Source: an uncultured Chloroflexia bacterium (lineage in GTDB: Bacteria; Chloroflexota; Limnocylindria; Limnocylindrales; CSP1-4). Taken from it: 64,000 bases of DNA. Shown piece by piece: positions 56,397 to 64,000 of the stretch (positions are counted from its first letter, which is position 1; the number at the start of each line of letters is the position of its first letter). The notes under the pieces were generated by a model. It worked only from the letters and a program-made list of their open reading frames with translations, was not told where the DNA came from and did not search any database. The stretch is taken from NCBI GenBank assembly GCA_963768655.1, contig CAVYIM010000004.1, positions 256,001 through 320,000 of the forward strand. The letters are read 5' to 3'. The position numbers and the translations under genes were made by a program.

Positions 56397-59300
56397 TCAG
56401 GGAGCGCGCAGCGGCAGGACTCGAGCCGCCGGCCCGCGATCGGCGGAGGGCGCCGATCGCGGGTGCGCCGTCCGGACGCCGTGGGGCCGGCGGCCCTGGC
56501 GATAGGCGCGCGGCGATATCCCGACCTCGCGGTGGAACGTCCTGGTGAAATGCGCTGCCGCCGAGAACCCGGCGGCCATCGCGATCTCGGTGACCGTCAG
56601 GTCGGTGGCCTCCAGCATCTGCCTCGCCCGCTGGATCCGATAGCGCGTCAGGAACGTGATCGGTGTGATACCGAGCTCCTGACGGAAGCAGTCGGTCAGG
56701 TAGTCGGGCGTGATCGCCACGTGGCGGGCTATGTCCTCGCGGCTGATCGGCTCGGCGTACTGGGCCTCGATATAGGCAGTGGCTCGCCGAACGAGGCGCT
56801 GGGTGGCAGCCCCCAGGGTCGGGGCGCTCGACAGGACCGCCTCGATGCGCTCGACGATCTCCTGGCTGGTGAAGACGCCTTTGCCGAGGATCGCAGCCAC
56901 GTAGCCGCTGAGGCGATCCAGCTCGTCCTCCTTGACATCACGGCCGGTCACCACGATCACAGGTATGTCCCGTGTGGCCGGGTTCGCCTGCATCGCTTCC
57001 AGGACCGCGAAGCCATCCATCCCGGGCATGACCAGGTCCAGCAGAACGAGATCGGGACGCTCCGCCGCCATCATGGCGATCGCCTCGGAGCCGCCTTTCG
57101 CTTTGAGCGGCCGTGCCCCGGCGCAGCGGACGACACGGGCGTGGAACTCGAGCATCTCAGGGTCGTCATCGACGGCCAGGATGACTGGAGCCTTCGCCGG
57201 CCCGGAAGGAACGAGGTTCCGGCGCCCGAGCTCATCGGCCAGCTCAGCTGCCTGGAGAGGCTCGAACAGATAGGTGAGGTCGAGGAATCCGCCCCGATCG
57301 CCGTCGGGCTCCAGGTGGCACGCGAGGACCGGGACCCGCAGCAGCTCGCTGCCTCGAGAGTTGGCTCGCACGTACTCCCAGCCACGACCCCCGGCGACCG
57401 TATCGTCCAGGATCACGGCCGAAGGCATGCGGGCCTCGAACACGCGCGACCAGTCCCTGGCAGGGTCGACCAGCTCGACGCGAACCGCGAAGCCCCGCTC
57501 GCGCAGAAGCTCCTTCAGCCAACGCTCGGATGTCCCTGTCGACGCGACCAGGAGCACGTCCGGGCGCCCGTCGCGAATCTCGAGATCCAAACCCTCCGCC
57601 GCGATGGCTGGCAGAGTGAACCAGAAGGTCGATCCAAGCCCGTTCTCGCCGGGCGATCTGACGCCGATGGAACCGCCGTGGCGCAGGACGAGTTGACGCG
57701 CGATGGCGAGGCCCAGCCCCATGCCGCCCAGGCCCTGGCGGATCGCCTCGGGGGAGCGGTGGAACTCCTCGAAAACGCTGTTGAGCTCGTCGGCTGCAAT
57801 GCCGGCACCCGTATCCGAAACCGACACCGTAACCACGCCCTGGGCCACCTCGGCATCGATGGTCACGCTGCCCGAATCGGTGAACTTGATGGCGTTGCCC
57901 ACGAGATTCAGGATCACCTGGCGGAGCCGGGTCCGATCGCCCATCACCCACGCGCTCGAAGCGGGAATCCGAGCGTGCCATTCCAGCCCCTTCTCGCGGG
58001 CCATCTGCTCCCCGGCCAGGGCCGCGTCGAAAAGGGCCTCGCACAGGTCAACCGGCTGCCTGGCGATGTGCAACTGCCCAACCTGGCTGCTGGCCAGGTC
58101 GAGCACGTCGCCGATAAGCCGGCCCAGGTGCTGCGCGCTCGCCGACATGTGCTCGAGGTCTCGCGCGGCATCGGCCGAGAGAACGCCGCCTTCGCGCGTT
58201 TCGCGAAGGACGATGTCGCTCAGGCCGACGACCAGGCTGAGCGGTGTGCGCAGCTCGTGACTGACCATCGACAGGAATTGGCTCTTGAGCTGGTCGGCCT
58301 CTTCCGCAAGGCGCCGACCCTCGAGCGCCTGTCCGTGCAGCTCGATCGCCCGGATGGCGGCGCCCAGGTTGTTGACGATGGCAGCGCACGGCTCGAGGTT
58401 CGTTGCCGACATGGCGGCGAACCCGGTGGTGGCATCGCCCACCCGGACCGGCAGCACCATCAGCTGCAGGGGCTCGTCGTTCCGGAAGAGGTTTCGCGGC
58501 GGGAAGGCGCGCGAAGCGAACGGCTCGCCGCACTCCGGCAGGCCCGTGGAGACCACGATCTCGCCCCGAGCTACTGGATCGTCCTCGTCTCCGCGGTATG
58601 TGGCGCTCAGGAAGTGGTCGATCCCCACCCGCGGCAGATTGGCATCGAGAATCCGGGCGACCTCGGCGATGTCGCTCGCGGCCAGGAGCCGCGACGTGAT
58701 GACTCCGAGCTCGCTCATCATGTCCATGTGCTGGAGCAGGGCATGCGTGGTCTCGCGCTGGACATGCTCGCTGATGTCGATGCGGGCCTGATCGAGGAGG
58801 GCCATGACTTCCCGCTCATCGACCCCCTTTCGGGCGTCCACCAGCAGGTCGGAGCACCTGTAGAGTGCCGATACGGCAGACTGCCAGACGGATGGGTCCT
58901 CGCCCCGCGCCTCCGTCAGTGCCAGCAGACGTGCGATTTCACCGCGCAGGAGCCTGCCGTCAGCGCTGCCGAGACTGCCGACGAGGCTTCGCGCGAGAAC
59001 CCGGCATTGGTCCTCCAGCTCGGCAAGTGTGCTCTGATGCGCCTGGACGTACGCCGCCTCCGCCATCGCACCGGACAGCGCCGCGAGCCGTTCGGCCGGC
59101 GTCCCGCCGGATGCGATCTCTACCCTTTGGAGACGATCTTGCCCGCAGCCGCAGGACTGCCTCACGATCAGGCGCGTCGGCACCACGACGGGCGAGCTCT
59201 GGGGCGGATGGCCGGCGATGAGATCGAGGAGGGACTCGACGGCCCTGTAGCCAAGCGCAAATGTGGGGTGACGGACGGTCGTCAACGACGGGGTGGAGGA

Positions 59301-60035
59301 CCGGGCGTCGAGGATGTCGTCGAACCCGACGGCTGCCACGTCCTCGGGGACTCTCAAGCCGGCCTCGCGCAGCGCATCGATCGCCCCCAAGCAGGAGAGA
59401 TCGTTGCTGGCCACGAACGCGGTGAAGGGTGCGCCCCCTGCCAGGATCTGCCGCATGGCCGCTTTGCCGATGACGTAGCTGTGCTCCCCGTGGACGATGA
59501 GCCGCGGGTTCGGGCCGGATCCGAACTGTTCCATGGCCCTCTTGAAGGCCCGCAGGCGATCCGCGCTGTCACCGGCACGATGCTGGTGGCCGGCCACGAA
59601 GGCGATTCGACGGTGGCCATGCTGGACGAGATGGCGAACCGCCTCACGAATTCCGTTCGAGTTGTCCACGACGACGCGCGGCCCCGGTCCCTCCGCAGCC
59701 GCGAAGACCACGGGCACGCCGGAGCCCTGGAGATCCGTGACGTAGCGCGACTGCTCTGCCGACAGATCGTCCGGAAGGATGATCAGGCCGTCCGTGTTCC
59801 AGGGGCCCACCGGCACGAAGTCGGTGTCTGCGGCCGAGACGGGCCATGCGGCATGCCGGCGCTCGGGCTCGTCTCCAGTGCTGATGCCGACGCCCAGCAG
59901 CAAGTTGCAGCGCCGGTCGCGAGCCGCCGCGCAGACCCCCTTCATCAGCTCGTGACCGTAGCGATCGACCGTGGTGCCCCAATACACGGGCCACGTCGAC
60001 AGCAAGCCAATGGTCGGGAAGTCCTGGCTCTTCAT
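56397..60035 (-). CDS. Soluble hybrid regulator: LacI-type sugar-binding domain, His kinase, degenerate REC, REC and AraC HTH
   Basis: ASNDLSC.GA..AL..AGLRVPEDVA.VGFDD; SHELRTPL, NLVGNAIKF, DTGAGI, GLGLAI; AVDDD...LLDLVMPGMDG; GFS...HFTRTF...GISPRAYR; no clear TM segment. Confidence 0.9.
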   Translation of the reverse strand: MKSQDFPTIGLLSTWPVYWGTTVDRYGHELMKGVCAAARDRRCNLLLGVGISTGDEPERRHAAWPVSAADTDFVPVGPWNTDGLIILPDDLSAEQSRYVTDLQGSGVPVVFAAAEGPGPRVVVDNSNGIREAVRHLVQHGHRRIAFVAGHQHRAGDSADRLRAFKRAMEQFGSGPNPRLIVHGEHSYVIGKAAMRQILAGGAPFTAFVASNDLSCLGAIDALREAGLRVPEDVAAVGFDDILDARSSTPSLTTVRHPTFALGYRAVESLLDLIAGHPPQSSPVVVPTRLIVRQSCGCGQDRLQRVEIASGGTPAERLAALSGAMAEAAYVQAHQSTLAELEDQCRVLARSLVGSLGSADGRLLRGEIARLLALTEARGEDPSVWQSAVSALYRCSDLLVDARKGVDEREVMALLDQARIDISEHVQRETTHALLQHMDMMSELGVITSRLLAASDIAEVARILDANLPRVGIDHFLSATYRGDEDDPVARGEIVVSTGLPECGEPFASRAFPPRNLFRNDEPLQLMVLPVRVGDATTGFAAMSATNLEPCAAIVNNLGAAIRAIELHGQALEGRRLAEEADQLKSQFLSMVSHELRTPLSLVVGLSDIVLRETREGGVLSADAARDLEHMSASAQHLGRLIGDVLDLASSQVGQLHIARQPVDLCEALFDAALAGEQMAREKGLEWHARIPASSAWVMGDRTRLRQVILNLVGNAIKFTDSGSVTIDAEVAQGVVTVSVSDTGAGIAADELNSVFEEFHRSPEAIRQGLGGMGLGLAIARQLVLRHGGSIGVRSPGENGLGSTFWFTLPAIAAEGLDLEIRDGRPDVLLVASTGTSERWLKELLRERGFAVRVELVDPARDWSRVFEARMPSAVILDDTVAGGRGWEYVRANSRGSELLRVPVLACHLEPDGDRGGFLDLTYLFEPLQAAELADELGRRNLVPSGPAKAPVILAVDDDPEMLEFHARVVRCAGARPLKAKGGSEAIAMMAAERPDLVLLDLVMPGMDGFAVLEAMQANPATRDIPVIVVTGRDVKEDELDRLSGYVAAILGKGVFTSQEIVERIEAVLSSAPTLGAATQRLVRRATAYIEAQYAEPISREDIARHVAITPDYLTDCFRQELGITPITFLTRYRIQRARQMLEATDLTVTEIAMAAGFSAAAHFTRTFHREVGISPRAYRQGRRPHGVRTAHPRSAPSADRGPAARVLPLRAP

Positions 60036-60194
60036 TATCCTGATCGACCGCGGCTGTGACGGAGCTCAGCATGGGCACTCCGCGGATCTGGAGCCGCTGA
60101 GGCGCCACGATCCTATACCCGGACCGCAACCCGGCGGACGGCCCGCAGCAGCAGGGCGGCGGCAGTTGAGGAACCGGCCCCGATTCGCCAGGGC

Positions 60195-60258
60195 CCCGGA
60201 ATCGGTCAACTACTCCCGGCTCGGGGACAAGACTGTCCAGGGCGCCTGGTTGAAGAAT
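60195..60258 (+). promoter_or_regulatory. Putative AraC-type operator and promoter of the GH53 gene
   Basis: CCCGGAATCGGTCAACTACTCCCGGCTCGGGGACAAGAC-N19-AAGAAT, matching the site at 56342-56380. Confidence 0.7.
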
Positions 60259-60462
60259 GGTGGCGGCTCGAATTGAGTCCCGACTCCACGCTGGTTCGAC
60301 ACGCCACGACGCCCCGATGGCGACCCTCCGGATCGCCGAGAGGCTCCGATCCGCTCGATCTTGGCGGATCCTCGCGGCGGTCGATGGCCTCCTGGCTCAC
60401 GAGAAGGGGTAGATGCCTCCGATGCTTCCGGTGATCTCGTGCCCGTGGTCCTGCTGTTGAAG

Positions 60463-62019
60463 ATGGGCACTACGGACGCAGCCGGGTTCGAATCGTCCGG
60501 CCCGACCAACCCGGGTTTCGAGGCAGACGGAGCGCCGGTTCGGAGCCCGATCGGCTGGACGACCGGCGGGACGCCGGACGCCTGCTTCGCGGAGCCCGGC
60601 GGTCGCCGAGGTGGCTTCCATCTCGCCCACCGGGCGGACGGTCCATTCGAAATCGAGACGAGGCAGAGGTTGAGCCTCCTCGGTCCGGGCTGGTACACGC
60701 TCCGCGTTTGGGTGCAGCGGAGCACCGGTCAGAGCGACGCGTGGGTCGGTCTCGAGGACGGTTATGGCGAGGCGGCTCGAGCGTCCGTGCCCGTGTCCCC
60801 AGGGTGGGTTCAGATCGTCGTTTCGAGATTCATCGGCGAACGGTCCTGCACGATCGTGCTTCATACCGAAGCCGGCGCCGGCGAGTGGGCCCACTTCGAC
60901 GACGTGGAGTTCGTGGCCGGCGACGCCAGGCTATCGATCCGCGGCGCCGACGTCTCGAGCCTCGCCAAGTCCGAGCACCTCGGCGGCCTGTACCGCACCG
61001 ACTGGGGGAGGCGAGGGGATGCTCTGGCGATCCTCCAGGATCACGGCCTCAACTGGATCCGCCTCCGCGTCTTCGTCGATCCGGCCGATGGCTTCCATGG
61101 CACGGCCGAGCTGCTGACCATGGCGCGCCGGGCGAAGAGGCTCGGCCTCAGGGTGCTCGTCGATCTTCACTATTCGGATTTCTGGGCCGATCCGGGCAAG
61201 CAGTGGACGCCCGCGGCCTGGGAGGGGAAGATCTTTCCCGAGCTGAAGGAGGCGTTCGTCGACCACACCTGTGGGGTCCTTACGGCGCTCACTTCGCAGG
61301 GGACGCCGGCCGACATGATCCAGCTGGGGAACGAGATCACTCAGGGCATGTTGTGGGACTACGCGGCGACGAAGACCGGCGAGTCGACCGCCGACGACGG
61401 ATACGGGACGGGGGCTCAGCGGATCGTCCGCCACACCGAGAACTGGGACCAGCTCGCGGAACTGCTCACCGCGGGCTACGAGGCGGTGAAGTCGGTCTCG
61501 CCACAGACAAGAGTGATGCTCCACCTCGACGCCGGTGGCAGCAACGAGACCTACCAATGGTGGTTCGGCAACGTCACCGCACGGGGTGTGCCGTTCGATC
61601 TGATCGGGGCGTCCTATTACGCCTACTGGCACGGCTCGCTGGCCGACCTCCAGAGCAACCTGAACGATGTCTCTGCCCGCTATGACAAGGATGTCGTGGT
61701 CGCGGAGACGGCATACTCGTTCACCCTCGCCGATGACGATGGCTGGCCCAACGTGATCCGGGATGCGAGCCAGCTCGTGGCCGGCTATCCGGCCACGCCC
61801 GCCGGCCAGGCCGCCAATCTCCGCGACGTCATGTCGATCGTGCGGGCCGTCCCCAATGGGCGTGGGCTCGGGGTCTTCTACTGGGACGCGACCTGGACGG
61901 CCGTTCGGGGCAACGGCTGGAGCCCTCGCGACCCGGCCTCCGGCAACGAATGGGAGAACCAGGCGCTCTTCGACTTCGACGACCGCCCGCTGCCGGCGAT
62001 GAACGAGTTCGTTCCGTGA
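60463..62019 (+). CDS. GH53 endo-beta-1,4-galactanase with an N-terminal CBM-like domain
   Basis: NPGFE jelly-roll start; GADVSS, IRLRVFVDP, DLHYSDFWADPGKQ, QLGNE, AETAY, GVFYW, WENQALFDF; start uncertain (60361-60463). Confidence 0.92.
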   Translation: MGTTDAAGFESSGPTNPGFEADGAPVRSPIGWTTGGTPDACFAEPGGRRGGFHLAHRADGPFEIETRQRLSLLGPGWYTLRVWVQRSTGQSDAWVGLEDGYGEAARASVPVSPGWVQIVVSRFIGERSCTIVLHTEAGAGEWAHFDDVEFVAGDARLSIRGADVSSLAKSEHLGGLYRTDWGRRGDALAILQDHGLNWIRLRVFVDPADGFHGTAELLTMARRAKRLGLRVLVDLHYSDFWADPGKQWTPAAWEGKIFPELKEAFVDHTCGVLTALTSQGTPADMIQLGNEITQGMLWDYAATKTGESTADDGYGTGAQRIVRHTENWDQLAELLTAGYEAVKSVSPQTRVMLHLDAGGSNETYQWWFGNVTARGVPFDLIGASYYAYWHGSLADLQSNLNDVSARYDKDVVVAETAYSFTLADDDGWPNVIRDASQLVAGYPATPAGQAANLRDVMSIVRAVPNGRGLGVFYWDATWTAVRGNGWSPRDPASGNEWENQALFDFDDRPLPAMNEFVP

Positions 62020-62116
62020 GGCGATGTTCGGCGCCCGCTGCCGGCCGAGCGACCGGCCGGCGGCCCAGCTCGAGCTGCCCAGTCAGGAATTCGGATTCCG
62101 GTCGGTACGTGCGGCG

Positions 62117-62425
62117 TCAGACCAGCTTCACCTCTGACAGTACGTAGTCGCGGGCTTGGCCGTCGACGAGGTGACTGACCAGGACTCCGAGCGCCTTGTT
62201 GTACTCGGGGTTGTCCAGTGTGGCCTTGTTGCGTCGCTCGATGTCGGCGCTGTCCTCGTACTCCGCCTCGGCGAAGGCCTCGTTCAAGGTGCCCCAGTTC
62301 GACATGTAGACGCGATAGGCCGGCAGCCCCGCCTTGATGCCGGCATCGTTCAATGCCTTGGAGGCCGCGACAAAGTCCTCCCAGTGGCCATGCTTGACCG
62401 CCTCGCGGATCAAATGACGAACCAT
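62117..62425 (-). CDS. Small hypothetical protein, possible NIPSNAP-like dimeric alpha/beta barrel
   Basis: 102 aa, GGAGG RBS, VKHGHWEDF...RVY...GTLNE...EAEYED pattern. Confidence 0.6.
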   Translation of the reverse strand: MVRHLIREAVKHGHWEDFVAASKALNDAGIKAGLPAYRVYMSNWGTLNEAFAEAEYEDSADIERRNKATLDNPEYNKALGVLVSHLVDGQARDYVLSEVKLV

Positions 62426-62802
62426 GGATGCCACCTCCAGGTTGTCGGCGACCGCAGAACGCATCGGATCGCCGCGGGAGGCGGGTCGGTCTCGCGAGTG
62501 GCTCGGCGCGGTCCAGGCGGCCAGTGTGTACGGGCCGCGTGTCTAAGCTCCCCGTACTCCGCACGCATTTTCCCACCCATGTGAATGGGGCCCCGACGCA
62601 GCCGCAAGGGCCACCGTTGGCGGTCAAGTCCCAGGACATGTGTAACGGTGAGTCCATCGTCTGTCGCGGTTACGATGCCTGCGACCGTCCGGCGGACGAG
62701 AATGGCGTCAGCCCGGCCGGGGTCCGTAGAGCCACGCACGAAAGCGCTCACGCGATGACACCGCAACGCACCGCGCCTGATTCCCAGAGAACGGAGAGTG
62801 CC

Positions 62803-63861
62803 ATGCCCGAGCTCTCGCGTCGCGATTTCCTGCGGCTGGCTGTCCTGGGACTGGGTGCCGCGGTACTGGGCGGCATTCTCGAGGCCTGCAAGGCCCAATT
62901 CAGCCCCGCGGTAGTGCCCACTCCCGCTCCGCCTGCCACTTCCCCATCGGCCACCGCGGCCGGGACGCAGCCGTCCGCCACGCCCGTGCTGTCCGCCACG
63001 CCCGTGCCGTCATCCACGCTGCCGGCGTCGTCCAGCCCGGCTGCGTCCGCTGGCTATCCAGACGTGGTCGTGGCGCGAAACGGCGACCCTGAACCGCTGG
63101 TGCGGGGCGCGATCGCGGCCCTGGGCGGCATGGGGCGGTTCGTGCCGCGCGGCGCGAGTGTCATCGTCAAACCGAACATCTGCGTGTCCTATCGAACATA
63201 CGAATACGCGGCCACGACCAACCCCTGGGTCGTGGGGACGCTGGTCAAGATGGCCTTCGAGGCCGGGGCGGGCAGCGTCAAGGTCCTGGACTATCCCTAC
63301 GGCGGCAGTGCGGCGGAGGCCTACGCCACGAGCGGCATCGGGCAGCAGGTTCAGGCTGCCGGGGGACAGATGGTGGTGATGTCGGACCGCAACTACGTCC
63401 GCACGCGAATCCCCGCCGGGAAATGGCTGAAGCAGACCGAGGTCTACGACGACGTCCTGAAGGCGGACGTGCTCATCAACGTGCCGATTGCCAAGGTGCA
63501 CTCGTCCGCGCGTTTGACGCTGGGCATGAAGAACCTGATGGGGGTCGTACGCGACCGTTCGGCCATGCATGGCAAGCTGGGGCAGGCCATCGCCGACCTG
63601 AACACGCTGGTCAGGCCGCAGCTGACGGTTGTCGATTGCGTGCGCATCCTCACGGCGAATGGTCCATCGGGCGGCAGCCTGGGTGACGTCAAGAAACTGA
63701 ACACCGTCGTCGCCAGTTCCGACGTCGTGGCGGCTGACAGCTTTGCCGCCACGCTCTTTCGGCTCAAGCCGAGCGACGTCGACTACCTCCGCATCGGCGC
63801 GGCGATGGGCCTGGGCCAGAGCGACCTATCCAAGTTGCGGGTCGAGGACTTCTCGGTCTAG
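62803..63861 (+). CDS. DUF362 domain Tat-exported lipoprotein
   Basis: SRRDFL Tat motif with LEAC lipobox, GGMGRFV, VKPN, ATTNP, INVPIAK.H, LGMKNLMG, DVVAAD. Confidence 0.88.
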   Translation: MPELSRRDFLRLAVLGLGAAVLGGILEACKAQFSPAVVPTPAPPATSPSATAAGTQPSATPVLSATPVPSSTLPASSSPAASAGYPDVVVARNGDPEPLVRGAIAALGGMGRFVPRGASVIVKPNICVSYRTYEYAATTNPWVVGTLVKMAFEAGAGSVKVLDYPYGGSAAEAYATSGIGQQVQAAGGQMVVMSDRNYVRTRIPAGKWLKQTEVYDDVLKADVLINVPIAKVHSSARLTLGMKNLMGVVRDRSAMHGKLGQAIADLNTLVRPQLTVVDCVRILTANGPSGGSLGDVKKLNTVVASSDVVAADSFAATLFRLKPSDVDYLRIGAAMGLGQSDLSKLRVEDFSV

Positions 63862-63863
63862 AG

Positions 63864-64000
63864 ATGCTTACCAGACCTGGCTGGGTCAGGAGTCGAAAGG
63901 CCGTCCAGGCTCTCGCCCTGATCGCCTTCGTTGGCCTCTTCCTCCTCTCGCCGGGCAACGGAGTGTCGGGCGACCTGGCCAACGTCCCCATGCGCCTCGA
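63864..64000 (+). CDS. Start of a probable 4Fe-4S-binding polytopic membrane protein (3' truncated by window edge)
   Basis: MLTRPGWVRSRKAVQALALIAFVGLFLL...PMRL; R..VQ plus a TM helix, a usual partner downstream of DUF362. Confidence 0.55.
   Translation, partial: MLTRPGWVRSRKAVQALALIAFVGLFLLSPGNGVSGDLANVPMRL

Noticed and set aside
56463-60059. Long antisense ORFs such as 56463..60059, 14882..16909, 21980..23875 and 50337..52337
   Set aside because: Shadow frames of real genes, expected at this GC content; no motifs or RBS support
62970-63010. 18-bp tandem repeat (SATPV x2) and other Pro/Ala/Thr-rich repeats in lipoprotein N-termini
   Set aside because: Ordinary low-complexity linkers

Overview
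This is a very GC-rich bacterial window. The gene style suggests Chloroflexota or an actinobacterium-like organism, which is an inference only. I found no rRNA, tRNA, CRISPR array or mobile element. It has four blocks. (1) 1-5.6 kb: an FGGY kinase, a SAM methyltransferase and a GH149-like glycan phosphorylase. (2) 6-19 kb: molybdenum uptake and cofactor genes (moeA, mogA-like, HTH-TOBE regulator, modAB, mop, MOSC, moaC, moaA, xdhC, mocA-like), a membrane sulfite-oxidase-family enzyme and a divergent Tm-1-like protein. (3) 19.3-42.8 kb: two divergent operons around a GntR-type control region, forming an apparently uncharacterised catabolic and phosphotransfer system. It includes a xanthine-dehydrogenase-family Mo hydroxylase, a cyclase, an MBL hydrolase, dehydrogenases, cupins, an atypical transaldolase and split transketolase, an HPrK-like P-loop protein, a phospho-His enzyme lacking an ATP-binding domain, a truncated PPDK fused to an Rv1126c-like domain, and a Tm-1-like/TIM-barrel/ComB trio. 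(4) 43.4-62 kb: a galactan utilisation locus (GH53, GH42, GH2, ABC transporter) with a soluble LacI-sensor/His-kinase/REC/AraC hybrid regulator. A candidate 39-bp operator is visible at two promoters, and the locus also holds a pseudo-receiver and an unknown 610-aa protein paired with a Zn-ribbon protein. Several genes carry single-base lesions that look like assembly errors. Family calls come from motif recognition and recall, not from database searches.
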